A DNA stretch of 63,726 bases. Origin: a virus. Lineage: Duplodnaviria > Caudoviricetes. Every line of letters starts with the position of its first letter. Position 1 is the first letter of the stretch. A program made the position numbers and the translations under genes. A model generated the notes under the pieces. It did no database searches and had not been told where the DNA came from. It saw only the letters and a list, made by a program, of their open reading frames with translations. Positions 34,771-44,563 of this stretch are shown in pieces. The stretch covers positions 1-63,726 of IMG/VR virus record IMGVR_UViG_3300027734_000066; one strand, 5' to 3'.

Positions 34771-35252
34771 TGAGTAACAACACATGGAGTCAGATTGGGG
34801 CTGTTGACCCCAACACATACCTTATCAACAACACGTCAACACAAACGCTGAATGCGGTGCAGATTGGAGCGCAGAAACAGAACCATAACATCTTATTCCA
34901 CGGGCCGAATGGTAAGGAAGTTGGGCGCTTTGACTTCAACGGCGAGGAGATGAAGTTTGACGGGCAAGCGGATGTGTCGGCGCAAGTGTTCATTGAGTGG
35001 GCGCGTAAGACGTTTACCGAACGGGTGATGGCCGACAAGCGTGACGTTCTCAAGGAAGTGATGGATGCGCTACTGCACGAGTCAACCGGCGCACTGTATG
35101 AGGACGCAGAGAAACTTGCCATCCTGACCTGCCTACAACGGGTACGAGAAATACAGGAGTCGGTTGAACCGATACAAAAAGAAATGTGGAGTAACGCGCA
35201 GGTAGCTCAGCAAGCCTTGCAACCCCTTGCACCTTGGAGTAATCAGCCATGA
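34770..35252 (+). CDS. Hypothetical protein
   Basis: TAATG coupling to polymerase; 160 aa. Confidence 0.65.
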   Translation: MSNNTWSQIGAVDPNTYLINNTSTQTLNAVQIGAQKQNHNILFHGPNGKEVGRFDFNGEEMKFDGQADVSAQVFIEWARKTFTERVMADKRDVLKEVMDALLHESTGALYEDAEKLAILTCLQRVREIQESVEPIQKEMWSNAQVAQQALQPLAPWSNQP

Positions 35253-35374
35253 CTGAAACAATTGCAACAACAATTATCTTGGGGTTCATAGGCGTGGTGG
35301 TTGCTGGCCTTGTGTTGGTAGCACTGATGCGCTTGTGGTTTTGGATGGACGAACAAGAAAGGAATGACAGATGA
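35249..35374 (+). CDS. Small single-TM protein, 41 aa
   Basis: GGAG RBS; MTETIATTIILGFIGVVVAGLVLVALMRLW; ATGA overlaps on both sides. Confidence 0.55.
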   Translation: MTETIATTIILGFIGVVVAGLVLVALMRLWFWMDEQERNDR

Positions 35375-35631
35375 ACAAGCTGATTAGAAGAGAAGACACC
35401 GTCAAGCACTTTATTCCCATTGGAAGCATTGAGTTGAAGTTGGTTGTGGCAAAGGCAGAGGGCTACGCCATTCGGGTTGAAGAAACAAGGTATCACCACG
35501 TTGTTGATGGGACAGTTGTTACCAGCGTAGATGAGAGCAAGCCAAAATACTATTTCTTCAACGACCGCCCCCTACCTGCGCTTGACCCATACCGCATTGC
35601 AATGGATTTTTATTTGAAGGAGAAGGTATGA
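35371..35631 (+). CDS. Hypothetical protein
   Basis: ATGA-coupled chain of small ORFs. Confidence 0.6.
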   Translation: MNKLIRREDTVKHFIPIGSIELKLVVAKAEGYAIRVEETRYHHVVDGTVVTSVDESKPKYYFFNDRPLPALDPYRIAMDFYLKEKV

Positions 35632-35912
35632 GCCAAAAGATGGTGGACTTTTACTTTGAAAAAACCCGCGACACTGTAGACCAAGACTGGCCCGAGAGTT
35701 TTACCCATGAAGATGTTGCCAAAACTTTGGGCGTGGAACAAGTGAGGTATAGGATTTATTACAGCAAAGATGATCTTACGTTGCGCCTGTTTGTGTTCCG
35801 TCCGCACTGTACCCATCACGAAGAGCAGAAAATGTTGGGCTTGGGGTTTGTGATTGCAAAGCCCGATGACGCAGACAACATCCCAGATAAACTTAAAGAG
35901 GTGAACGCATGA
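35628..35912 (+). CDS. Hypothetical protein
   Basis: AAGGAG RBS, ATGA overlap. Confidence 0.6.
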   Translation: MSQKMVDFYFEKTRDTVDQDWPESFTHEDVAKTLGVEQVRYRIYYSKDDLTLRLFVFRPHCTHHEEQKMLGLGFVIAKPDDADNIPDKLKEVNA

Positions 35913-36142
35913 CCCCGCAAAGCTTTGACATTGACACCTGCAAGGAAGTTGTGGGGGATGCACGGATGCGTGTCATCGAAGCCAAGGCCCGACAGGATGC
36001 CGACAACGGCGTTGTGGATGCACCAAAAGAAGCAAAAGGAACTTACTGGGATAAAGCGTATTCATACATGGAGTATGTCGTGTACATAACAGCGCACCAC
36101 AAGAGGCTGGAGCGGATTCAACGGATGAAGGAGAAAGCATGA
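35909..36142 (+). CDS. Hypothetical protein
   Basis: GAGGTG RBS, ATGA overlap. Confidence 0.6.
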   Translation: MTPQSFDIDTCKEVVGDARMRVIEAKARQDADNGVVDAPKEAKGTYWDKAYSYMEYVVYITAHHKRLERIQRMKEKA

Positions 36143-36342
36143 GATACCGAATCACGTACAGCAACGGCAACTACGCTGACTGGGATTCAATGCAGAAAGA
36201 ACTTGCATGGGCGTACAAGTGGGGCGTGTTCCTGTATGCCATCCGACTCAATATCGGTGCGTGGAGAGCGGGGCACAAGTCGTTTAAATACTGGCTGTAT
36301 GTTCTGCGTAGGAAACCAAAGATCACAAAGGAGAAGGCATGA
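36139..36342 (+). CDS. Hypothetical protein (aromatic/basic)
   Basis: AAGGAG RBS, ATGA overlap. Confidence 0.6.
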   Translation: MRYRITYSNGNYADWDSMQKELAWAYKWGVFLYAIRLNIGAWRAGHKSFKYWLYVLRRKPKITKEKA

Positions 36343-36527
36343 GCCCAAAAATTGAAGCCCTGATAAAAGCAACTGGGTGCGCTGATGTGGGTGAATTGTT
36401 TGATCGGTCGATTCGGCTGGGCAAAGTGTTTTACCAATTCAAACAGGAGCATGGCCGCCCCATGAACGCAACTGAAATGAAATACCTTGAAGCAGTGTTA
36501 CACGCTACACCACCGGAGGACACATGA
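36339..36527 (+). CDS. Hypothetical protein
   Basis: AAGGAG RBS, ATGA overlap. Confidence 0.6.
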   Translation: MSPKIEALIKATGCADVGELFDRSIRLGKVFYQFKQEHGRPMNATEMKYLEAVLHATPPEDT

Positions 36528-36796
36528 ACGGCAGATTCTTTGACGGTGCAGAGTTGTTCAAGCTGTATGCAGAGCAGGGCTTACCCCTTGAGATGGCGCT
36601 TATGCGAATAGACCAAGCAGGTAAGACTGTTAACTGGCCTTTGTTTGTGCAGGAAGCTGTGCGCAATGGATGGAACTTGAAAAAGACCTACACCACGATT
36701 GTTGCAGGTGTGCGGGACGCAGAGATTTACACCAAGGCGCAGATGGTGGAGTTTGAAAACATGGCTAAATTATTTTTCATAAGGGAGGCGACATGA
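36524..36796 (+). CDS. Small protein resembling an alanyl-tRNA synthetase helical segment
   Basis: FDGAELFKLYAEQGLPLEM...KTVNWPLF recalls AlaRS xDGxxAFKLYDTYGFPxDL...xVDxxGF. Confidence 0.55.
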   Translation: MNGRFFDGAELFKLYAEQGLPLEMALMRIDQAGKTVNWPLFVQEAVRNGWNLKKTYTTIVAGVRDAEIYTKAQMVEFENMAKLFFIREAT

Positions 36797-37041
36797 AAGA
36801 CGCAGAGGACGAAACATTTGAGGAACTTGCGATGAAACAAGTTCGAGCAACCGCAAGCGGCAACCGCAAGCGGCAGATTGCACACATGGACGTACACAGC
36901 CACCCCGCTGAGTTTGTACACCTGCACCGCAACGACACGCTGGAAGAAGTTGCAGTGGAGTTGGAGGCCAAATTCACCATGCCGTTCGGTCGTGACACTG
37001 TGCAGTCGTTCGCAACATTTGTGAGGGGGATGAAGCGATGA
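36793..37041 (+). CDS. Hypothetical protein
   Basis: RNDTLEEVA...FGRDTVQSFATFVRGMK; GGAGG RBS. Confidence 0.65.
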   Translation: MKDAEDETFEELAMKQVRATASGNRKRQIAHMDVHSHPAEFVHLHRNDTLEEVAVELEAKFTMPFGRDTVQSFATFVRGMKR

Positions 37042-37328
37042 AAGCAAAAGAAGAGTTGACAAAGCTGATCATGGAAAGCTACGACAGAGGCGTCAAAGAC
37101 ACAAAGCAAGCGGCGCTTACTGCGCTTGAGAAAATTGTTGCAGTTAACAACACCTGCGAAAAACACTGCGAAGCCACGGCGTTCAAGATCACGATTCGTG
37201 GTTTGGAGCACAGGGTTGCAGAGGAGCGTGAGGCGTGTGCAAAGCTGTGTGAAAGCCTATTAATGCAACAGGAAATTGATGTGCGTGACCAATGCGCCGC
37301 CGCCATCAGAGCAAGGGGGAACACATGA
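37038..37328 (+). CDS. Hypothetical protein
   Basis: EREACAKLCE...CAAAIRARG, a recurrent phage motif. Confidence 0.65.
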   Translation: MKAKEELTKLIMESYDRGVKDTKQAALTALEKIVAVNNTCEKHCEATAFKITIRGLEHRVAEEREACAKLCESLLMQQEIDVRDQCAAAIRARGNT

Positions 37329-38008
37329 CAGTCAAGATACCCGCATGGTCGTTCTCGTCCATCAAGACGTTTGATCAGTGTCCAAAGAAGTTCTACCACT
37401 TGAAGGTCGTCAAAGACTTCCAAGAAGATCAGGGTGCAGAGCACCTGCTGTACGGCACCGCCTTTCACGAGGCGGCTGAGTTCTACATACGTGATGACAC
37501 CCCCCTACCCCCTCAGTTCTCGTATGCTAAGAGTTCATTGGATAACCTCAAACGGCGTGAGGGCCAGAAGCTATGTGAGTACGAGATGGGGCTGACCGAA
37601 GACTTAGAGCCGTGCGGTTTTAAAGACCCGAACGTGTGGTGGCGAGGCATCGCTGACCTGATCATCCTTGAGGACGATGGCACTGCACGGGTGGTTGATT
37701 ACAAGACCGGAAAGAGTGCCAAGTACGCCGACACCGGACAGCTTGAGTTGATGGCGCTCGCCGTATTCAAGCACTTTCCTGAAGTCAAGCGTGTCAAGGG
37801 TGGCCTGTTGTTTGTCATAGCCAAACAGTTCCCCAAGGCAAGCTACGACCGAGCCGTGGACGAGCCCAAGCTGTGGGAGAAGTGGCTACGCGACCATGGT
37901 CGTATGAAAAGAGCTTACGAGACCAACGTATGGAACCCCCGTACGTCAGGGCTTTGCAAGAGACACTGTGTTGTTTTATCATGCCAACATAACGGAAGGA
38001 ACGATTAA
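37325..38008 (+). CDS. PD-(D/E)XK (Cas4/RecB-like) exonuclease
   Basis: WSFSSIKTFDQCP, GTAFH, GIADL, VVDYKTG, QLELMA, C-terminal Cys cluster. Confidence 0.85.
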   Translation: MTVKIPAWSFSSIKTFDQCPKKFYHLKVVKDFQEDQGAEHLLYGTAFHEAAEFYIRDDTPLPPQFSYAKSSLDNLKRREGQKLCEYEMGLTEDLEPCGFKDPNVWWRGIADLIILEDDGTARVVDYKTGKSAKYADTGQLELMALAVFKHFPEVKRVKGGLLFVIAKQFPKASYDRAVDEPKLWEKWLRDHGRMKRAYETNVWNPRTSGLCKRHCVVLSCQHNGRND

Positions 38009-38305
38009 ATGCCATACACCAAATCCCCCCGACCCTACAAGGCCGAGTACCAAAAGCAGAAGGAACGGGGCGAACACCCCGACCGCATGGAGCGCCAACG
38101 TGCGCGGCGAAAAGTTGATGCCAGTTCTCCCGATGAGAACGGCAACGGCAAGGCCGACAAGCGTGAAGGCAAGGACATCGACCACGTAAAGATGTTATCC
38201 AAAGGTGGCTCAAACAAGGACGGGCTGCGCATCGTTGCACCAGCCAAGAATCGTGCCCGTAATGGCCACAGCACAAAAGAAAAAGGCGGGAAAAAACCCG
38301 CTTGA
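38009..38305 (+). CDS. HNH endonuclease-like protein
   Basis: KDIDHVKMLSKGGSN...LRIV...NRARN. Confidence 0.8.
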   Translation: MPYTKSPRPYKAEYQKQKERGEHPDRMERQRARRKVDASSPDENGNGKADKREGKDIDHVKMLSKGGSNKDGLRIVAPAKNRARNGHSTKEKGGKKPA

Positions 38306-38330
38306 CGCGCACTGCGCGTTCGGTTAGATT
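38302..38330 (+). promoter_or_regulatory. Putative sigma70 promoter for helicase operon
   Basis: TTGACG-N17-TAGATT. Confidence 0.55.
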
Positions 38331-38405
38331 AGAAGTTCGACAACGACTGGAGCGAGTGGGACACCCACTTCGCTCCAAGTTTGTTCGTCTGCGCTGGAGA
38401 ACGAA

Positions 38406-39947
38406 TTGGAAATCATTGACAACAAGGCTCTGTTGTTGACGTTGCGTAACCCGCATCGCGTCACTACAGTTATCCCTAAAAGCAGGGAACTCCCAAACAA
38501 CCAAGTGCTCGTGCACTGGGGGTTGGATGAGGCGCAAGTCCTCAAGAATCTGCGCGTGAAAAACGTGCCATCCCCCATCATGGGACGCTACGATTGGCCC
38601 GGCCAGTACAAGCCGTTTGACCATCAGAAGACAACAGCCGCATTCCTCACGATGAACCGCCGTGCGTTCTGCTTGAACGAGCAGGGCACAGGCAAAACAG
38701 GGTCAGTCATTTGGGCGGCAGACTACCTGCTGAAACAGAAACGCATTCGCAGGGTGCTGGTGATTTGCCCTCTGTCAATCATGGATTCAGCGTGGAGAGC
38801 CGACCTGTTCAAGTTCGCCATGCACCGATCAGTTGACATAGCGTACGGCTCAAAAGAAAAACGCAAGGCCATCATCAACGGCATTGCCGAGTTTGTGATC
38901 ATCAACTATGACGGCGTGGAGATTGTTGCCGAGGACATTGCCAAGGGTGGCTTTGATCTGATTGTGATTGACGAGGCCAACGCATACAAGAACGTACAGA
39001 CCAAGCGATGGAAGGTGCTGAACTCACTGGTCAAGGCTGAGACATGGCTTTGGATGATGACAGGCACCCCCGCCGCTCAGTCCCCGCTCGATGCGTACGG
39101 GCTTGCAAAATTAGTCAATCCACAGGGTGTCCCCAAGTTCTACACAACCTTCCGCGACATGGTGATGATCAAGCTAAACAACTTTCGTTGGCTTGCCAAA
39201 GAGACCGCCACACAGACCGTGTTTGAGTGTTTACAACCCGCCATCCGATACACCAAGGATGAGTGCCTTGACTTGCCTGAGATGACGTACGTTAAGCGCC
39301 GAGTCGAGTTGACAAAGCAACAGGAACGCTACTACGGCATGCTCAAGAGTCGCATGGTGGTGCAGGCCGCAGGGGAAGAGATTACGTCAGTTAACGCTGC
39401 CGTGAACATGAGCAAACTCCTGCAAATATCTTGTGGTGCGGTGTACTCCGATTCAGGCGAGACCTTGGAGTTCGACATCAAGAACCGCTACAACGTGCTG
39501 ACCGAGGTGATTGACGAGTCCAGTCAGAAAGTGCTCGTGTTCGTGCCGTTCAAGCATGTGATTAGCATCCTGACCGACAAACTCAATGCTGACGGATACA
39601 CGACCGAGGTGATCAGTGGGGACGTGCCCGTGCACAAGCGCACCGACATCTTTAATCGCTTCCAGACCGAGCCCGAGGGCACCAAGGTGCTTGTCATCCA
39701 ACCCCAAGCCGCCGCCCACGGCGTGACCCTCACAGCGGCCAATACCGTGGTGTGGTGGGGGCCGACATCCTCCCTTGAGACCTACGCCCAAGCCAACGCC
39801 CGAGTCCACCGTTCGGGTCAGCGTCACCCCTCCACAGTGGTACAACTGGTAGGTTCAGGTGTAGAAAGACACGTTTACAACTTATTGGATAATAAAATCG
39901 ACGTTCACTCAAAAATAGTTGATCTTTACAAAGAAATACTTGAATAA
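38406..39947 (+). CDS. SNF2-family helicase
   Basis: EQGTGKT, VIDEAN, MTGTP, HGVTLTAA, QANARVHRSGQ; TTG start. Confidence 0.9.
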   Translation: MEIIDNKALLLTLRNPHRVTTVIPKSRELPNNQVLVHWGLDEAQVLKNLRVKNVPSPIMGRYDWPGQYKPFDHQKTTAAFLTMNRRAFCLNEQGTGKTGSVIWAADYLLKQKRIRRVLVICPLSIMDSAWRADLFKFAMHRSVDIAYGSKEKRKAIINGIAEFVIINYDGVEIVAEDIAKGGFDLIVIDEANAYKNVQTKRWKVLNSLVKAETWLWMMTGTPAAQSPLDAYGLAKLVNPQGVPKFYTTFRDMVMIKLNNFRWLAKETATQTVFECLQPAIRYTKDECLDLPEMTYVKRRVELTKQQERYYGMLKSRMVVQAAGEEITSVNAAVNMSKLLQISCGAVYSDSGETLEFDIKNRYNVLTEVIDESSQKVLVFVPFKHVISILTDKLNADGYTTEVISGDVPVHKRTDIFNRFQTEPEGTKVLVIQPQAAAHGVTLTAANTVVWWGPTSSLETYAQANARVHRSGQRHPSTVVQLVGSGVERHVYNLLDNKIDVHSKIVDLYKEILE

Positions 39948-39997
39948 GTGGCAAAACGCCACTATAATAAGAACCCCAACAACAACTGGAGAACGAA

Positions 39998-40414
39998 GTG
40001 ACAGACGAAGCAACCCCCGCAACCCCTGCCGTAGCCCCCGAGAAGCTGGTCAAGGTGTACCTCAAGATGAAGGCCAAGCACGATGAGATGCGTGTCGCCT
40101 ACGAGACTGAGGAGAAGCAACTTAAAGCGCAGATGGACAAAGTGAAGTCCGCCCTTTTGGAGTTCTGTAAAGAGCAAAACGTAGACAGCGTACGTACAGG
40201 CGAAGGCTTGTTTTACCGCACCACCAAGGTGGACTATTGGACAAACGACTGGGAGTCCATGCACAAGTTCATCATTGAACACAATGCGCCGCAGTTACTG
40301 CACCAGCGCCTTCACCAAACGAACCTCAAAGAGTTCCTTGAGGCCAACCCTGACACGCTACCACCGGGACTCAATGTGGATAGCGAATACACCATAACCG
40401 TACGGAGAAAATGA
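39998..40414 (+). CDS. Conserved replication-module coiled-coil protein
   Basis: GTG start; KLVKVYLKMK...DSVRT...PPGLN. Confidence 0.75.
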   Translation: MTDEATPATPAVAPEKLVKVYLKMKAKHDEMRVAYETEEKQLKAQMDKVKSALLEFCKEQNVDSVRTGEGLFYRTTKVDYWTNDWESMHKFIIEHNAPQLLHQRLHQTNLKEFLEANPDTLPPGLNVDSEYTITVRRK

Positions 40415-40677
40415 TGAGTGAACCTTTTGTGCCAATCGAAGACTTGGCCAAACAGTTTACGGTTTCGGTATCGACTGTTCGTGCATGGGTACGACAGGGC
40501 TACATCCCCAAAGACACGTATCTAAAGATCGGTAACACATACCGCTTTAACGTACCTGCGGTGGTGAAAGCCCTGTCAAGCGTACCCAAGGACGAACCGG
40601 AAGCACCAAAAGCCGTAGACCCCAAACTGCCTGTTCAACTTGAATTGGCATTCAATAACCCTGACGAAGATATTTAA
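40411..40677 (+). CDS. Excisionase/MerR-type HTH protein
   Basis: IEDLAKQFTVSVSTVRAWVRQGYIP...KIGNTYRF. Confidence 0.75.
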   Translation: MMSEPFVPIEDLAKQFTVSVSTVRAWVRQGYIPKDTYLKIGNTYRFNVPAVVKALSSVPKDEPEAPKAVDPKLPVQLELAFNNPDEDI

Positions 40678-40691
40678 CTGGAGAAACGAAG

Positions 40692-41636
40692 ATGAGTAAC
40701 GAAATGACCCTGTTTGGAAAACCCAACAACGCCGCCCTTGCTTTGCTGAGTGGTGTGGAGGACAGCCTGACAAGTACCCTTGCGGGTGGTGGCAGTGGCA
40801 ACAAACGCATCAGCATTGAAGGCGGTGCATTCCGCGAATACGTTGGCGGTAAAGAAGTTCGTGTGAGCGAGGAACGCTCCATGAAAGTCATCCTGATCAA
40901 CGCCGCACCTGTGTCGCGTATGTTTTTTGAGGGCACCTACGTCAAGGGTGCAAAGACCAAGCCCACATGCTGGTCGAGCGACACACAAAGCCCCGATACC
41001 GCTGTGCCCGAAGATCAGCGACAGGCAAAATTTTGCAAAGACTGCAAACAACACATCAAGGGTTCCGGTCAAGGCGACACCCGCGCATGCCGTTTTCAAC
41101 AACGTATTGCCGTGGCACTTGATGGCGAGTTGCACAAAGAAGCCGTGTACCAAGTCACACTGCCATCAACATCTGTGTTTGGCGATGCCGAGGGTAAGAA
41201 GATGCCATTGCAAGCCTATGGCCGTCACCTCAAGGCATACAACACTCCCGCGATTTCTATCGTGACCGAGATGCGTTTCGACATCGACAGCGCCACTCCC
41301 AAGTTGGTGTTCAGCCCTGTCCGTGCGCTTGAGGAAGAAGAACTCGCAACCGCAGTGAAGTTGCAAAATCATCCCGACACCATCAAGGCAATCACCTTGA
41401 ACGTATCTCAGATGGACGGCGTGATTCCTGCACCAAAGGGTACGTTGCCAATGGGTGAGTTGGCCAAGCAAGAAGATGGCCCTGCCTACGAGAAGATCGT
41501 TGCCAAGACTGCACCGAAAGCCGCAAAGGTTGAAGCTGAAGAAGTGGCTGAGCCGATCAAGGTTACCAAGAAGTCTGCACCTGCCGCTGAGTCGAAGTCT
41601 GAGTTGAGCGACATCGTTGGAGATTGGGACGACTGA
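40692..41636 (+). CDS. Single-stranded DNA-binding/annealing protein (putative)
   Basis: KRISIEGG, PTCWS, CKDC..GSG..RAC, acidic aromatic tail DIVGDWDD; followed by terminator. Confidence 0.65.
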   Translation: MSNEMTLFGKPNNAALALLSGVEDSLTSTLAGGGSGNKRISIEGGAFREYVGGKEVRVSEERSMKVILINAAPVSRMFFEGTYVKGAKTKPTCWSSDTQSPDTAVPEDQRQAKFCKDCKQHIKGSGQGDTRACRFQQRIAVALDGELHKEAVYQVTLPSTSVFGDAEGKKMPLQAYGRHLKAYNTPAISIVTEMRFDIDSATPKLVFSPVRALEEEELATAVKLQNHPDTIKAITLNVSQMDGVIPAPKGTLPMGELAKQEDGPAYEKIVAKTAPKAAKVEAEEVAEPIKVTKKSAPAAESKSELSDIVGDWDD

Positions 41637-41644
41637 TTTGTTTT

Positions 41645-41675
41645 AGGGTGGGGTCGCCCCCCACCCTTTCTTTTC
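41645..41675 (+). terminator. Rho-independent terminator
   Basis: AGGGTGGGG-TCGC-CCCCACCCT followed by TTCTTTT. Confidence 0.75.
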
Positions 41676-41707
41676 GGTTATCTCATTCACTCTAACAACT
41701 GGCGGCT

Positions 41708-44563
41708 ATGGAAACAAAAAAATTTCTGGAGTCGGTGCTGGGGGACGAAGGGTACTACTGCATATTTGCTTATCGGCTATCCGATGAACGCAAGGTGCAA
41801 AAGTTCTATGACAACCTTGATGCCGCAATCCATGCTGCTCACAATTTAGATGCTGAAGGGTATGACGCTTATTTTGCGTTGGGCACCTTTGACCAAGCTG
41901 GGTCGCGTAAGGCACCCAACGTAAAACAACTTAGATCATTCTTTCTTGACCTTGACTGTGGGCCAACAAAAGACTACGCGACACAGAGCGAAGCTCTTGC
42001 CGCATTACGCACGTTCTGTAAAGAACTCAAGCTACCGCGCCCGACCCTTGTAAATTCAGGACGTGGTATCCACGTGTATTGGCCGCTGACTGCTCCGGTT
42101 TCAAGGGAAGCATGGGTGCCTGTTGCCGAGCAATTCAAACGCCTGTGTACAAAGCATGGGATGCGCAATGACCCTGCCGTGCCAGCAGATGCGGCGCGTG
42201 TGTTGCGAGTGCCCAATACGCACAACCACAAGCCCGACCCCCCTGCCCCCGTGGTGATAGTGGGTGAAGCAGGTGCGGCAATTGAGTTTGATGTGTTCCG
42301 TGACTTGATGGGGGATGACTCATCAATCTTGGTGCCCCCAAAGAAGTACACACCAAGCCAGCAAGATGCCATGATGCAAGCCCTGTCGGGCAGTTTTGTG
42401 AGCCGCTTTAAGACTATCCTGATTAAGACCATGAGCGGCACTGGGTGCGAACAACTCAAAGAAGTTGTCAACAATCAGCCAAACATCTCCGAGCCTTTGT
42501 GGAGAGCAGGGTTGTCGATTGCCAAGTTCTGTGTTGACGGTGGTAAAGCAATCCACAAGATTTCTGCCAAGCACCCTGAGTACACACCCGAAGGGACTGA
42601 GCAGAAGGTTGACCTGATTAAAGGCCCATACCTGTGCACACGTTTTGATGAGTATCGTGCAGGTGTCTGCCGAGAGTGCAAGCACTGGGGCAAGATTAAG
42701 TCACCGATCTCCCTCGGGCGTGAGGTAGAGGAAGCTGACGAGTCCGACAACATTGTCATTCAAAAACCACTGGACGTGACTGCGGCTACGCCAATTCGAT
42801 ACGTCATCCCCAAGTACCCGCACCCGTACTTTAGGGGTAAGAGTGGTGGGGTGTTCAAGCATTCCAAGAACCAAGAGGGCGAAGACAAAGATGTGATGGT
42901 CTATTTCAATGATTTATACGTCATACGGCGCGTCAAAGACCCCGAAGCAGGTGAGTCGTTGGTGATGCGCTTGCACTTGCCCAAGGACGGCGTACGTGAA
43001 TTCACGTTGCCATTAACTGCTGTGGGTACGAAGGATGAGTTTCGCAAACAACTTGCGGCACAGGGTGTGGCAGTCCTGAACGTACAAGAACTGATGGAGT
43101 ACACGATGAGATGGGTAAACGAGTTACAGTTTAATTCTGAAGCCGACGAAGCATGTCGGCAATTTGGGTGGAAGGATGACTCACACGAGTCGTTCGTTGT
43201 CGGCAACATGGAAGTTTTCAAAGACCGTGTTGAGGTAAGTTCACCATCCGCCGCTACCGTGGGGCTGTTTCCAATCTTCAAAGCCAAAGGCACGTTGGAG
43301 AAGTGGAAGCAGACTATGGAGTTTTACAACCAACCGGACATGGAGTTGCACCAATTCATGTTTGGGCTATCGCTGGGCTCTGTCCTGATGGAGTTTCAAC
43401 CGATCAACGCCGCCGCCTTTCACGCATGGAGCAAGGGCTCCGGTTTGGGCAAAACCACAGCCATGTACGCAGGTGCATCTATTTGGGGTGACCCCGATCT
43501 GTTGGTGATGCAAGAGCGTGACACGTTCAACTCAAAGATGAACCGTGCCGAGGTGTACAAGAACATCGTCTGCTACATGGACGAGATGACCAACACCAAG
43601 CCGCAAGACTTGTCTGACTGGGCGTATCAACTGCCAAGCGGCCTACAACGCAACCGCATGGGGCCAAAAGGCAACGTGGAGCGCGTACGGGGTAAGCCTT
43701 GGAAGACTTTGTTTGGCACCACAGGCAACACATCAATGCTTGAGCGTATCGCACTGTTCAAGGCTCTGCCACAAGCAGAAGCCCAGCGTGTGTTGGAGTA
43801 CCGAGTCGAACCTGTGAAGTTTGCTACCAAGTCCGAGACCGATGTTTTTAGCACCGACATCAAGGACAACTTTGGGCATGCGGGGGTGCTCTACATCCAA
43901 TACATCTTGAACAACTTGGATGCGGTCAAAGAACTTGCCATGACGGTGCAACGCAAACTTGATGCGGCGTCGAGCCTGTCTGCTGAGAATCGCTACTGGT
44001 CTGCCTTGGCTTCACGCACCATCGCAGGTTTGATGTTGGCCAAGAAAGCTGGCTTAATTACTTGGCAGATTGCGCCGATTGTGCAGTGGATTGTCAAAGT
44101 GATGGCCGAGGCCAAAGCCATGGTGGGCGAGATGAACGTTAATGTAGAGGCTCAACTGACCGACTACATGGCGGAGAACTACAACAACATGCTCCGTATC
44201 AAGTCAACGGATGACGCACGTAATACCGCCGGGGTGCTTGACAAGATCATTGTGCCTGACGGCTCCCCCCGTGGGCAGTTTGTTGCGCGGTATGAGTACG
44301 ATGTGAAGAAGCTGTACCTGCTGATCAAGCCGCTGAAGTCATGGTGCGGCAAGCAACAGATCAACTACGCTGGGTTTGTTGACGGCTTGAAAACGGGAAG
44401 CACCAAGGCAATCAAAGCCAAGGTTCGACTCGGTAAGGGCACCCACATCAACATGCCCCCTACCGATGTTTTGGTTCTGGACTGCACAGGGTTTATGGAC
44501 GATGAAACTGAGCAAGCTCTGGCAACAACCGCCGCGCTGTTCGAGAAACAGAGTCAGGATTGA
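41708..44563 (+). CDS. Primase-helicase (AEP/RepB-like primase + DUF927 helicase)
   Basis: FFLDLDCG, VNSGRGIHVYW, RVLRVP; Walker A GSGLGKTT, Walker B YMDE. Confidence 0.9.
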   Translation: METKKFLESVLGDEGYYCIFAYRLSDERKVQKFYDNLDAAIHAAHNLDAEGYDAYFALGTFDQAGSRKAPNVKQLRSFFLDLDCGPTKDYATQSEALAALRTFCKELKLPRPTLVNSGRGIHVYWPLTAPVSREAWVPVAEQFKRLCTKHGMRNDPAVPADAARVLRVPNTHNHKPDPPAPVVIVGEAGAAIEFDVFRDLMGDDSSILVPPKKYTPSQQDAMMQALSGSFVSRFKTILIKTMSGTGCEQLKEVVNNQPNISEPLWRAGLSIAKFCVDGGKAIHKISAKHPEYTPEGTEQKVDLIKGPYLCTRFDEYRAGVCRECKHWGKIKSPISLGREVEEADESDNIVIQKPLDVTAATPIRYVIPKYPHPYFRGKSGGVFKHSKNQEGEDKDVMVYFNDLYVIRRVKDPEAGESLVMRLHLPKDGVREFTLPLTAVGTKDEFRKQLAAQGVAVLNVQELMEYTMRWVNELQFNSEADEACRQFGWKDDSHESFVVGNMEVFKDRVEVSSPSAATVGLFPIFKAKGTLEKWKQTMEFYNQPDMELHQFMFGLSLGSVLMEFQPINAAAFHAWSKGSGLGKTTAMYAGASIWGDPDLLVMQERDTFNSKMNRAEVYKNIVCYMDEMTNTKPQDLSDWAYQLPSGLQRNRMGPKGNVERVRGKPWKTLFGTTGNTSMLERIALFKALPQAEAQRVLEYRVEPVKFATKSETDVFSTDIKDNFGHAGVLYIQYILNNLDAVKELAMTVQRKLDAASSLSAENRYWSALASRTIAGLMLAKKAGLITWQIAPIVQWIVKVMAEAKAMVGEMNVNVEAQLTDYMAENYNNMLRIKSTDDARNTAGVLDKIIVPDGSPRGQFVARYEYDVKKLYLLIKPLKSWCGKQQINYAGFVDGLKTGSTKAIKAKVRLGKGTHINMPPTDVLVLDCTGFMDDETEQALATTAALFEKQSQD

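Noticed and set aside
38009-38305. HNH as an intron- or intein-borne mobile element
   Set aside because: Free-standing; flanking nuclease and helicase, PolA and TerL appear uninterrupted
40411-40677. Xis-like gene as evidence of a prophage
   Set aside because: No integrase, att site or host flanks; contig closes on itself
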